This document shows, piece after piece, positions 1 through 12,775 of a DNA stretch of 64,000 bases. The notes under the pieces are model-generated. The model saw only the letters and a list, made by a program, of their open reading frames with translations, was not told the DNA's origin and made no database searches. The translations under genes were made by a program, and so were the position numbers. The DNA is from Lama glama (Eukaryota), in assembly GCA_028534125.1 (NCBI GenBank), contig CM052817.1, forward strand, positions 64,854,001-64,918,000, given 5' to 3'. Position 1 is the stretch's first letter, and each line of letters begins with the position of its first letter.

Positions 1-200
1 GTACAGTCAGTTTACAATGTTGTCAATTTCTGGTGTACAGCACAGTGCTTCAGTCACATAGGAGCATGCATACATTCGTTCTCATATTCTTCGTCACCAT
101 AAGTTACTACAAGTTGTTGAATATGGCTCCCTGTGCTATACAGTATAAACTTGTTGTTTATCTATTTTGTATATGTATTTGTTAGTATCTGCAAATTTTT
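1..200 (-). mobile_element. L1 3' end fragment in ADH7 intron 2
   Basis: Reverse complement resembles the L1 3' UTR seen at 60150-60360 and 16310-16520. Confidence 0.75.
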
Positions 201-816
201 GAAGCAAGTTGATGCTCTTGTGTGGGAACTAGAATGTAGATGTAACCATGTGACCAGCATGTGAGTAGATTTTTACAGCAAGGTACTCCTAGGACTCTCT
301 TAATGAAAGGTAAAATGATTGCAAGAAGATAAGTAAGCAAAGGGTACTGTTACCACAGTGCTCAGGTCAGGAGAAGTTCAAAGAAAGATTGGCAGCAATG
401 TCTACTCAACAACCCAGGGTCCAGCCTAATGGTTAGGCTCTGTCCAAAGGAACGTGGGAAACACTCCAGGCACAAATAAGTTCCTCATTCTTTGTGAAAA
501 ATAATCTCAATGCTAACTGATACCCAGAAGATTTTTAAAGTAATCATTTGGCAGGATTATTAGCCATTTTTATCAGACCTTGGGTCAATAAAGATTCAAC
601 AGATAAAAATTGTAATAGAGCAGATTAGCAGTGTTTTTTAATTGATAATTGTCATTGATTTTATATCCAATATGACCAGATCCTTAACAATAAACAGAAA
701 CCAGTATGAGAATTAATATCCAAAATTTGGGAAACATCTCCTTGTTTAAGAATCCAACCTCACAACAATGACATACTCAATACAGGTGTGATAATATTTT
801 AGGTGTATGCACTCTA

Positions 817-930
<114 letters not shown>

Positions 931-2569
931 TTAAGAAGTTGGTGAAAGTGATAATAGGTCCCATTTATGTCTTTACAAATACAGACTCCAAATAATACAA
1001 ATCTGGACAGAAGATCACATTGTAATCCCTAGAGATCATCTTAGGTACACACATATTTGATACATGAGAAATGCAGCCCAGAGACACTACATAATTGATC
1101 CATGGTCACATAGCACATGAGAAGCAGGGCTGGACTAGATCTGAGGTACACAATTTCCAGCCCTTTGCTTTTTCTGCCTGTGGTCACATAAATATTTCAC
1201 TAAACTAAGTCCTTCTGCTACAAAGTAACAAAATGTCACCTGTGTATCACTTACTCACAAGAGCAAATTTATAAAACAGAAAATGCTGCTGATTTATCTG
1301 CAAGAATCTAAGCCAGTATTTAATTGCTATAAATCATGTAGCAGTGGTGACAAAATTAGAAAATTCGCTTGGTTAGAAATGAAGGGAAACATGCATGTCA
1401 TGAAGTATATAGACTGTGAGTTCCTGGATGACTCGGTCTGTGTCTTGGCATCTCTGAATCCCTTTTTGCATCTAGCCCAGTTCTTGCATCTCGCGGGTCC
1501 AGATAGGCAAGGTAAAACCTCTCATCTTACAGGAGTGGAAATAAGGAGTGGAGAGCTCAGCAAGTAGCCTCCAGCTGCTGTTCAGCTGGTTTTGGCATAA
1601 TTATTCAGTTAAATAATTTTGCTGACATTATTGAAATCAGTGAGGAGTGAGGAGCAGGAGAGATATTTTCTTGCTTTTCCATCCCCAAATCTGTCTAGGA
1701 ATCATACAACATATTTTAATTAATTTGTTCAGGTGAAAAATGATGAGTTATCACTCATCTTACTTGTTTACTAATAACTAAGGATCTCCTTTAGATGGAT
1801 GGCTACTTGGCTCTTTTGCAAAGAGATTAAATGTGAGAAAGGATATGCTGGAAACAGATGGGTGGCCAAAAGCCATTACTGACTTTAACATTCATCTTCT
1901 GCATCTCAAAGGCAAATATTATGGGTCACAGTGTAATGTGGCCCAATCCTGAAGTTAGAAATCTCACACCAAAAATCCTGCTGGGTTAATAGCTGAGATT
2001 TAGTTTTAAAGTCCCACTATTTTATCAATAAGTAAAGACATAAATATCAAATCTATGGAGCATGGGGGAAATTTTACACTTAAGAATGATAGAAAAAAGT
2101 TGTAAAGGAAACTTCTAAGAATGAACATGTTAAATGTTGAGAAACAGTAAATAAATCTTCCAAATGTAAGTAATTTAAGCAAGTAGTCTGAGGGAAAAAG
2201 AACTTAAAGCAAAAGTGACAAGAGTTAACATTTTTCATGTATGCAATGCTTAACCAAATTTGTAAGGGAATTATTAAAACTCCACTCTTGCTACTTCTGC
2301 CCTCCCACATGTTATACCTAGAGACACGTGCAAAGAACAGGAAGAGAAAAAGGCAAATTGTTTTCCTCAGTTATAAAAAGTTTTCTTAAATAAAAATAAT
2401 AAGATATAATTCTGCATTAAGTCGGTAATGACTTTTTACTTACAATACACAGTATTGTCAAAGGGGTGGTGAAATGGGCAATGTCATTTGTATGAACACT
2501 TTTGGAAAATAATTTGCGGTGTGCATCAGGATACTAGAATGGTTTCTTTTTTCTTGTAGATGGTCACAT

Positions 2570-2900
2570 TCTATTTAGCAACTTTACTGAGCTATCTTTG
2601 GCATATAAAGATTGTAGATGTTTAAGGAATATAACTTGATGTTTTGATATATGTACACATTGTGAAAAGATCACCATCATCGAGCCAAGTAACTTATCCA
2701 TCACCTCTACTTAGTTACTAATTGTTACTTTACTTAGTTACTCTACTTAGCTCCTATTGTGTGTTCATGTGTGTTGGAAGATTTAAGATTTATCCCCCTT
2801 AGCAAATTTCAAGTATACAATACAATATTGTTAACAGTCATCATTATGCCTACATTAATCTCCAGAACTCATTCATCTTGTATAACCCAAACTTTGTACC
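2570..2900 (-). mobile_element. Old L1 (L1MA/MB-type) 3' end fragment
   Basis: Typical 3' UTR motifs: agcaaatttcaagtatacaatacaatattgttaac, ctccagaactcattcatcttgtataac. Confidence 0.7.
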
Positions 2901-3350
2901 CTACTTAAGAATACTTTGACTCTTTTGCCCAATAATCCCTTTTAGAAAATCTAACTTAAAGAAGTGATAAATTCAGAAAAATATTAATATATATTATAGG
3001 TCATCAAGCACTATTTATAAGAAGAGATATATAAACAATATGTGTAAACAAATACATAGATAATAGTAGAGAAGTGATGAAATAAATTATAAATCTAGAA
3101 ATTAGAGTTAGACATTTTAAAAAGATTTGTAAATTGTTATAAATTTTGAGAATGCTTCTATTAAGTTGGAAAAACAGGACAGAATATTTATACATTGTGT
3201 GAGTGCAACTACATAAAATATGGATGGAAAAATGTAAGGAAGGAGATAAAAACAAAAATGAAATCAGTGGTGAGTCTTTAGGATGTAAGACTATAGTTGA
3301 TTTTTTTCTCCTCATATTTTCTGATTATCCAGATTTTCTAGAATGATTAT

Positions 3351-3742
3351 TGTAATGGGCTGGATTGTGTTCCCCTCAAATTCATATGTTGAAATCTGGA
3401 TCCCCAGTACCTCAGAATGTCTCTGTATTTGGAGATAGGGTCTTTTAAGGGGTAACTAAGTTAAAATGAGGTCATTTGGGTGAGTCCTAATCCAGTCCGA
3501 CTCGTGTCTTTATAAGCAGAGATTAGGTCACACACACGTTCAGAGAAAAGACCGTGTGAAAACACAGACAGAAGGTGTCTTGTCTCCATCCACAATCTAA
3601 GGAGGGAGGCCTCAGGGGAAACCAGCCCTGCTGACACCTTGATCTCAGACTTCCAGATTCCGGAACTGTGAGAAAATAAATTTCTGTTGTTTAAGCCACC
3701 CATTCTGTGGAACTTCGTCACGGCCGCCCTAGCTAACTAATC
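3351..3742 (+). mobile_element. MLT1 (ERVL-MaLR) solo LTR
   Basis: Begins tgtaatgggctggattgtgttcccc. Contains cagaatgt..gtatttggagatagggtc, aataaatttctgttgtttaagccacc and terminal gccctagctaactaat. Confidence 0.85.
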
Positions 3743-5033
3743 ATCTATTAACTTTTTAGTTAAAAAACATTTATTACAAAAAAAGAAACAAGTAATCCCA
3801 AATGTAAAGAGACATTCTCCTTTCCTGAGCCGCACTGAAACCCTAAGGCAACTTGGGAAATACAGGACCCGTACGCAAACCACTCTACTGCACGCCTATC
3901 TCTATAGCTTTTATGCTGTATCTTAAGTTACATATTGCATCATTAATCATAATTGGAAAGTGCTGCCTTGAGGCTACTGAGTCACTGGAAATGTTCTAAC
4001 AATGGCTAGATAACCACTTTATAGAGGTAGCATAATTAAAGTCAAGCACCAGTTGGTTGGATGGAGTTGCACATTTTTAAGATTTCTTCCAACCCTAAGA
4101 TTCATTAATTTCTGTGGGTAGAGTTGCTAGCCTGCATAGTCCAAAATTAATTCCACAATTAATCTAGTTTTGCTGGGACTTCACCCAAGCTAAAATGCTT
4201 TTATTCTGTTTTATTCAATTCCAGGAACAATTATTTCAAATTCTAACATCAGAAGTCCTCCTCACTTGTCATACTACCCAGACTTCGAATGTCATTTTCA
4301 TTTTTTCTAAAACCTTAAGGTAGGCTTAATGCAAAATTGTTTAAATAAAACCAAAACAAAAACACCTAATACTATAAACAATTGTGTATCCACTTAAAGC
4401 AAGGAACTATACTAACCAACTTGCAAATGGAAAAAATGCCAAAGCTATTTCTAAAGTTAATGCCAACTCTGTTTTTAAAGAATGAACACATTTTACCTAC
4501 AGTGTATTCTTGTTTTCAAAGATTTTAAAACTTATATTCTGATGAAAACTGCATCCTTAAGAAAATGCATGATACTTTGCATTCCAGATTTAGCATCTTT
4601 CCATTGTCAACAGCAGGAAAATCTTTTCTGACAGCTGAGAATGAGACCTTGGTCTCCCATTGAACTACAGTAGTGAATACAACACGTGCTGTTGAAAGTC
4701 TCCTTATGGAAACATTTTGCTCACCAGTGCAAATGCCCAGCTATCCCAAAATTAAATTACTAACATCAGTAGAAACCGTATTTCTCCACCCCTCTTCAAT
4801 GTCTCAGTGAAAAACCTTCCATATGTTGCTTTAACCTGTTCCTATTGGCATTTTCTGAAACCCCACCCAGAGCTTCCCTCCCCCAACCCACCCCCAGTGT
4901 GTGCTTGCTCAACAGACATTTAATTCCTCAAGAAATAGCCCTACATATTTAATTACATGAAGGTATCTCAAGTTCTAACAACCAACCCCCCATTATTAGA
5001 ATAATAACAAGGATACAGAAATGTTCTGCATAC

Positions 5034-5051
5034 TTTTCCAGTAGTGCCCAT
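5034..5051 (-). CDS. ADH7: ADH7 exon 1 coding part (MGTTGK)
   Basis: ATG GGC ACT ACT GGA AAA|gtatgc. The upstream sequence (catcagtcagaaaaagtc..gaaatacag..gacaggATG) resembles the recalled human ADH7 5' region. Phase 0 matches exon 2, and the position next to C4orf17 fits synteny. Confidence 0.9.
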
Positions 5052-5161
5052 CCTGTCTCTCTCTTCATTCTGTATTTCAGTAAACAAAGACTTTTTCTGA
5101 CTGATGTCCAGCTCAGTCTGCTGTAATTAAAAATATTTTGTGCCTTCTGCCTTCAGCAATA

Positions 5162-5168
5162 TGACTCA
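5162..5168. promoter_or_regulatory. AP-1 consensus site in the ADH7 proximal promoter
   Basis: Exact TGACTCA about 110 nt upstream of the ADH7 ATG. An AP-1 element is described for the human ADH7 promoter (recalled). Confidence 0.6.
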
Positions 5169-7332
5169 AAGCCTTCAAGACTCTACAGTCATCCATGAGC
5201 CCCACCCTAAACAGATCAAGTTGTGAAAAGAAATACAGTAACTTTTAATGATCAAACCATGGGTAGAGATCTAACAAACACAGAATAATAAAACCCACTG
5301 AAAATGCCTGAGAGCTTTCTTAACTGCTTTTTATCTGGGGATGTAAAAGCAGGTCAGTTTAGTTCAGTCAACACAACTGATTAAAACCTTCTTTCGCTGT
5401 TCTGCTGGGCACAGCTGATTTTGGGAATATGTATGCGTGTATATTTATGCTCTACTTCATGCTACAAAGAATTGATGTAGTTTGTGGAAAACATATAATT
5501 AAACATAAGTGAAAATAAGGTCAAGGAAATGTAAACAAATTGAATAGAAGGTAAATATTGGGAGAGTGGAGTTGGGGGTATATAGAACATAGATACGGAC
5601 AGCTATGGTTTCTAGACATTTGGGGGAAAAAAATAAGTAAAACTTGTGGCCTCTGCATGTAGACAAATTGTGACCTGAACCCAAATCACCATTATACACA
5701 GAGCTGTCCCATATGGTTGTACAGGTTGTACATGACACAAACGCACACAGTGCAGGGCAGACAGGGAACTGAAGTCCAGCCTGTATACTGGCTCTCAAAT
5801 GCCAAAGGGCTTTCCTTTACTTGGGCAAGTGCTCCACTCTTCTGAAGTAACTTTAACTCCTTCAAGCCACGATTTCTTAAAATCAGATGCGATGATGCTA
5901 GAATCTCCTGAATCGACTGTCTATATTGATCGAGTGTCTAGGATTGATTTTATTTTTTACAGTTTTTGGGGGTACACTAGCACATTCACCTCCAAGTACA
6001 TTCATTCATTCTACACAAAAGAGATTTTACTCTTGTGGAGTCAGTCAGTGAGGCAGGTTTCCTAAGTCTTCAAAACTGTCCCGATCATGAAATATTTTTC
6101 AGACAACAAAAATGGACAAAACTTTCTTTTAAAAACTGGGGTAAACTTTGCCACAGATATCTGTCTCAATGCAAAAGTGTTGTAGGTTCAATTTAAAATC
6201 TATATGCCTTATTCAGAATTAGCAGTTAAAATAGTAATTCTAATTTATCTCAGCCACAAAAAATTGTTTCCTTATTAAAAAAAATGTTTTCTTATGAACA
6301 AAGGCAGAATAGTACCAGCGTGGGTGGTGCCAGCACAAATGCACAAATGCTCATTTGGTAAACTCCCTCTTAAAGGCCTTGACAAAATCTTATAGGACTT
6401 AATCTGGAACACAAAGCTTTATAAGAACATAGTAAGTCGAGTGAGGTTTAATATCTATATAAATCTTTACAGTCCTAATCCCTCCTGTAGGAGAATTGAT
6501 TGGGTGTTAAAATGACAAAAGCTGAAACTTGCAAGGTAACCTATTCGAAAAAAAAGAGCTAAAAAAATTCATGGTCATGTTGCATGGTACATGTCATCCA
6601 TCGGTCCTAATTTTTGGTTTGGAAAAGTTACCAACTGAATCTGTCTTGTAAACTCTTTTACACTGTTTCTATGAAATTCTGGGGCCAGACCTCTCAGAAA
6701 AGTTAATCTCCTAAGTGCTGTGAACCTGATTCTACTCCAGAGTTTCCAAGAGCTTCTAAAGAAAGGTGCTGATCTCGAAGCACCCACTGAGCTCCAATTT
6801 GCTTGGGACAGGATGCTTGGGATCTGGAAGAACTTTGAGAAATGTACTGCAGGAGTATGGGCTTTGGAGTGAGAAACAGCTGGTTCAGGGCCTGGAGCCT
6901 GGCTTGAATATGTATGACCTCAATACCACATCTGTAAAATGGGAGTAATAATCACCAAATTATGTCTTGAGGATTAATGGTGAGGACTGAAAACACTTCC
7001 TGTTCTGCCTCATTCAGAATCAGTTGCAAATATTGTTAACCTGGTTCCCATTGGTAACCAAGGGCTTAGATTTTAAAAATATTTAAATTGTAACCACTTG
7101 GAATAAAATGACCCAAGTCCAGGTTCAGTAAATGTCTTGCAGAGGTCAACTGTGGGGTCCCAGAAGCCTTTAAAATTTCCCAAGAGTTTGGGACCAAGGA
7201 TCTTCTGAATCTAGAGGGACCTACCAGGGATTCAGGGAGACAGAATATGATCTATCTGGGGAGTGGCCAACCCTCCCAGTGTGCCCAGGATTGAGGGGGA
7301 TCCTGGGAGGCCAGATTTTCAGGGGTAAATGC

Positions 7333-7852
7333 TGTGGGATGAGGTAGGCCGGTACTGCAGGTGGTAAAAGATTTTACCAGAAACAAAGAGAAGTGAAAGA
7401 AAAGTTTATTAGGTACACTGCTACAGGCAACAGCAGACTGACCGATGAGCAGAGGCTGTATGCTCCAAGGGCAGATTCTTAGGGTCTTTATAAGGAAGGG
7501 CCTGCCCATCTATGTGCTTTAAGGAAGAGGGTCATGTTGGAGGTTTCCAGACGTCAGCTGATCACCATCTAAGGGCTTGTGCTTGTCATGCCTGGGGAAG
7601 GCACAGTTTCCCTTTAGGACGAGGTGGGTCATCTGGCGGGCTTGAGGAACTTCCGGGGGGAGAGGGGTTTGTTAGGTCACAACTCAGGGTTGTTAGCTGG
7701 GCTAAAACAATTACATGTTGGGAGAGGAATGTTCTTTGTGTTTTCTGGTTGATGTCTTCATGACGTGAGTGATGAGGGTGTGGGCAGACCTCCTGTGCCT
7801 GGAGCCCTCTTTGGCTCTCTGTGGGGCCTCTTACTTGTCCTCGAACCCCACA
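7333..7852 (-). mobile_element. Probable ERV solo LTR
   Basis: Inverted termini TGTGGG...CCCACA. AATAAA (near 7405) and TATAAA (near 7487) occur on the minus strand in LTR order. No clean TSD seen. Confidence 0.55.
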
Positions 7853-8289
7853 CTAAACCCAGGAGAGTCCCTGGCAGAGGCAGCTAGGTGGGTCACCCTC
7901 TGCACTCCCTGCCTCACTGCACCGTCTGTGAGTGTGTGGGGTGCACAGGGGCATGGGTGCTTCAGGCTGTTAGCCCTCCTCTCTCATGTCCCGGACCCTC
8001 ATCCTCAGGAGCAGCCTTCTGTCACAGACCCCTACCAGGACTCTGATCAGCCAGCCTCATAATGACAGCAGGGGAGTGAGTACAGTCACCGGGGTCAGGA
8101 GAACCAGGTTTGACTGTCACCTCTAGCAGTGACTGGTAAGTGCTCGTGACAAGATGCTGAATGCTCTGAACTTCACAATGAGAGGGAATTACACCGACCG
8201 CGGGGCCTGTGAAGCTGAAGCGAGGCACCACATGTGGAAATGCCTGTCAAACTGCCAAGTGCTCAGTACGTGGAAACGACAGTGAACTG

Positions 8290-8390
8290 GATATGTGTAT
8301 GTGTGTGTATAACTGAATCGCTTTGCTGGACACTGAAACGAACACGGTAAATCAACGACACTTCAATTTTTAAAAAAAGAAGAAAGAAAA
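8290..8390 (+). mobile_element. Very short L1 3' terminus with A-rich tail
   Basis: gtataactgaatcgctttgctg..gtaaatcaac..acttcaat matches the L1 end at 60290-60360. Flanked by degenerate repeats aaacgacagtga / aaatgacagtaa. Confidence 0.65.
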
Positions 8391-9050
8391 TGACAGTAAG
8401 TGATAGCCCTCAGGTTGAGAAAGTAAGAAAAGGGCCCTTGTGTGCCCAGGGAGATGGAGCTCAGTTTATTGCTAAGTCATTAATAGCAGAAATAGTTCTG
8501 CACTTGCAGGATCCAGCAGCACACAGCCTCCGGTCACCAGCATCACAACGGGCACTGCTGGCTTTTGTTCTGCCTTAGCAAACCAATCTTTAAGGGTGGA
8601 GTTTTATTCTGGCCTTCAAACACTACAAACTCAGGTGGTAAGTCCAACAACCAGCTGCGACCCACCCTTTAATCCCTCGCTCTGCCTGGCCGCAGGAGGA
8701 GGGGCCCTGCTGGAAAAGCAGGGTTGAGATGGGGTTTTGGGAGCTCTGCCCTGGCAGGTGGAGATTCAGCTAATCCTTTTTCAGGCGCGTTGTGCCAGCT
8801 TTCAGAATTGCTGTCTGAGATTATATTTAGCATTTTCAGAAAATTTTCTTCTGCATGCACACCCTGGCTAAGAAAAGACTCCAAGGCAGATTTTTCATAA
8901 GGCAAGGGCTTCACATCTGTTCCACATACACTCTCCACTGTACTTAGCTCACCAACCAACTGTGCTGGTTGAGGAGAATTTCCGTTCAAGGTCAGGAATT
9001 GTGGAAAAAGTATAAACCCAAGTTGTTTTGTTCCCTTTAAGCTACCCTTT

Positions 9051-9052
<2 letters not shown>

Positions 9053-9095
<43 letters not shown>
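9053..9095. repeat. (CA)n microsatellite
   Basis: About 21 perfect AC units. Confidence 0.97.
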
Positions 9096-9097
<2 letters not shown>

Positions 9098-12000
9098 GAA
9101 ATTGGTTTTGGTGTGTATCTTGCTTAGGACAAGCTAAAAATAACTCCAAGGCACCAAGACCCAGCAGTTCTTCAGTACAGACACGAGCCTATGGGTTGCT
9201 TCTTGCAGAGGACAGGCCACAAACCATCACAGCAACTGGAAGGGAGCTGCCCGAGGATCCTGCTGGAAGGCAGGATCATGGCCTTGGAAAGAAAGCCAAG
9301 GTGGCTCTGGGAGGCCTTGCTGTCATTAAGTCAAGTTCATTGATTTGTTCTCCCTTTGCATCTGTTCCCACAGTTCCCCTCAGGGCGTATCTTGGTAAAA
9401 CATGGTGTAGGATTCTGGAATGTTAGCGCCGGATGTAGTCGCAGACCGCTTCTCCATTGCCCAAGACCACTCCGTGTTCAGAGGGAGCTCTCAGAAGAAC
9501 CCTGGGCTGCAGCAATGCGGTAGGTCCCAGTGGGCTCCCACCTCAACTCCTGTGGTTTTTCTTTGACCTGTTTATACTGGAAGTTGGGGAAGAAGAGGAG
9601 ATTCCTCTGGGCTTTTGTGGGAGGGGGAAAGAACTGCCTGTGTTTTCTAAAGCATAAAAGTAGAAACATGCATGCAACTCTTAAGACTATTTTGGTCTCA
9701 GAAAAAGGAAAAATTTCAACATGAAATTGGTTAACAAAATTTTTGAGCTGCTTATCACTAAAAGGGCAGAGTCATCTGGCTAGTAATACCAAGCAAACTC
9801 CTGCATTGTTGGAGACGTCAGGCTAACCTTAGTATCATCAGGGACAGAAGCGTAAGAACTGGTCGTTGAAAATGCAAGGGATCGTAAGACATAGACACCT
9901 AGGCTGGAGCCTGCAGACATCACTGTGATGTCCTTCATCCACTCCAGTGAACTGCTGTTACTGGCTGCTGGAAATGGGAAGCCAAGCTTGGATCCACATA
10001 TCTCAGTATGTTGGGGGTCTAAGTCTTCTCAAATCATCATATGACATTAACCTTAAAATGTGGGAGTTTTTGCAGGGATGGGTGAGGAAGGTGAAAGAAA
10101 GGAAGAAGAAGTACAATCTTAATTATGTAAAAGTCACAACATTAATCAACTCTTCAACTCTTTTCTTCCATCTTATGGAACCGGTAACAGCTTCATGGCT
10201 GTCTGGGCCTTCCGGGCACAGTGGGAATGCCGCTGTCACAGTGAAGCAGCTATTTCCCGGTCTGCTGCTCCACACAGCCACTCCTTGTGTTTTAAATTAT
10301 CTCTAAGATGGTTGGAGAGTAGATCCAGCATAATGTTGAATCGCATCTCCATGGGACTCTAGTATGATGAGGTTACCTTGGGTCTAGAAACTTCTCAGCT
10401 TTGCAAGTTTAAGAACTTGATTTTATGTTATTAGTATTCATTTGATCAGATTCTGAAGGCTGATTCGCTTGAATCACACCCATGAAGAATTAGTAAACTA
10501 TATACCCATTTATAATTTTATAATTAATTAGTTTATGATGCTTGGCATTGTGACTTTGAACAGATTCTGCACAAGGAACATGATGGACAGATGTAATATT
10601 CAAAATACTTACCAAATCTGAAAGGCATGGGCACCAATTAATCAGAATGGACCCACAATCCATTATAATGATGCCAATGGGTTTGCCATTTCAGGACATA
10701 TTAGGGAGATGGCCCTGGAGATGGGGGCAAGAGTACCCCTACTACCTTCCAGATTCTAATATATGATCAATTTACGTGGACTTTTTTCATTGAAAACTTA
10801 TAATGACCCTTTGAGGAAGGCATTAAAAAAACTGGGTATGAGAGAGTTCAGATACCTGCTCTATTTTACTGCCACGGGTAGTAAAATAGAGTGTGGCTTT
10901 ACACACAGGTAAATGTGCACTGTACTGCAAAGGTAAATTCCCCCCAGTACATTCACACAGGAAACAAATTTAGATCATGTGGTCAGTGATGCCATTGTTA
11001 ATTAAAGGAATTCTGTAAATTTTTAGTTTTCCTTATGAATGCTGAGATCATCTCTTAAAAATAAGAGCTAGACTTTTATTTTGCTTTGGCTGGGCTGGGC
11101 CAGAGTGTCTAGCTCTCTGGACCTTCATGGTTATTCCACATATGGTAGAGCTGGCTGTGTGTCAGTGCTTGGCAGGAATGAAGCTGCCCAAGGGGCACCT
11201 GTGCTGTCTTGGGCAGAGGTCACCCTGTGGCCCTCCTCTGGTCCCTAGCCACACAGAGACCAATCTTACCAGCCTTCAAAGGAAGCAAATACTTAGGAAA
11301 TCCTAGGTCTAGGATGCTAGCATTTCCCCTAGGATTACCAGCCATAGATTAGAAGTAGACGCTGTGTTTTCAACTTGGGTATAGAATCCTGGTGCCAGAT
11401 ATTAATAAACTCAGCATTCTCTGGGGAAACTCTCAATCTACTGACCTCTGCACATGGTCTATTCGTATCCAGGTCCTTTAGAGTTACTGCAGCTACCCAG
11501 ACTGCCACTTTTCTGGAAGCACAGTGGCTGTCACTGCTGGGAGCTTGCCTGTGCTTTCTTGGGGCCAGTGCCCAATCCAGGCAGAAGAGTCTGTCTCTGG
11601 GCAGACCCTTTTTTCTCATCACCTCCATACTTGTTCTATGTATTTGTTCTTTCATGTATTCATGTGCATACAGTAAATATTTATTGAGCTAGCATAAAGG
11701 GTGGATTCTAGCCATATATCTGGAAAGCTTTCCAGGAAAAAAAAAATCCCCAAGTAATTCTTTGGTATACCTGGGACTGAGAATCATGTTTGTCCATGTT
11801 GTCATCCTGAAATAACTGAAGAGTCAATGGTAGCCATGGTTCTCTAGCACTTTGAGTTTTTAAGGCATTTTTGTAGAAATATTATTTTTATTGTTCATTC
11901 TGCTTATCCTGGGATATAATATTATAAGCATTTATAGTTCACCTTTAATGAAGAGGAAACTGAAGGTCACTGCTAGTAAATGGCTGTGCAGAGATGGAGA

Positions 12001-12221
12001 ATGTCAGGTCCACTAGTGAAAGCAATCTATTGCAGATGTTCCAGTTTATCAAGAGTCTCTTACTGAAAGGATTATACCTAAGTCTTCGTTGAGTTTTTCC
12101 TTCTAAAGGGTTTATTAGTTTAGGAAACTGAATGACTGCTGCAGTTCCTGCCTCTTACTGAAGGCTTCCACTCAGGCTCCTTTCGCCCAAGCGGACCTGG
12201 GCCAAGTCTCTCTATAGCATG

Positions 12222-12241
12222 TTGGCGCCACCTAGTGGTAA
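12222..12241 (-). promoter_or_regulatory. CTCF binding motif
   Basis: Minus strand reads taCCACTAGGTGGCGCCaa, a near-perfect CTCF core (CCASYAGRKGGCRS), in unique sequence with local CpGs retained. Confidence 0.7.
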
Positions 12242-12337
12242 ACATGGCACTTTAACCTTGTGACGGGAATAAAAATCTCTTCCAGAGGAATTGGTAGAGT
12301 TGGATTAGCAACATTAGTTTGAAAACAATCTTGAATC

Positions 12338-12371
12338 CAAAACAAAAACAAAAACAAAAACAAAAACAAAA
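12338..12371. repeat. (AAAAAC)n simple repeat
   Basis: About five tandem caaaaa units. Confidence 0.85.
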
Positions 12372-12429
12372 TCACCTGAAATATCCTTTTGACAAGTTTA
12401 GATAGTATATAATTGGCTGGGTTTTTAAA

Positions 12430-12775
12430 AATAGTTTTAACTTAAAAATAATTGAATTATAGTCAGTTTACAATGCTGTGTCAACTTCTGGTGTACGACA
12501 TGTTTCAGTCATACATATACACATATATATTCCTTTTCATTATAGGTTACAACAAGATAGTGAATATAGCTGCCTATGCTATACAGTTCCATAGGATATC
12601 GCTTATATGTGGAATCTAAAAAGAAAGGACACAAATGAACTTATTTACAAAACAGAAACAAACTCAGAGACACAGAAAACAAACTCATGGTTATTACCAG
12701 GTGGAGAAGTGGGTGGGAAGGGATAAAATGGGAGTTCCGAATTTGCAGATACCAACCACTATAAATGAAATATAT
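12430..12775 (-). mobile_element. L1 3' fragment with 5' inversion
   Basis: About 12450-12590 is the L1 terminus in minus orientation. About 12590-12775 is the adjacent upstream L1 segment in plus orientation (compare 60020-60190). Confidence 0.8.

Noticed and set aside
2705..2755. Repeated tacttagttact units
   Set aside because: Local slippage duplication inside an old L1 fragment; no spacer structure, not CRISPR-like.
8669..9094. 141-aa minus-strand ORF starting MCVCVCV
   Set aside because: Begins in the (CA)n microsatellite at a non-ATG codon; no recognisable protein.
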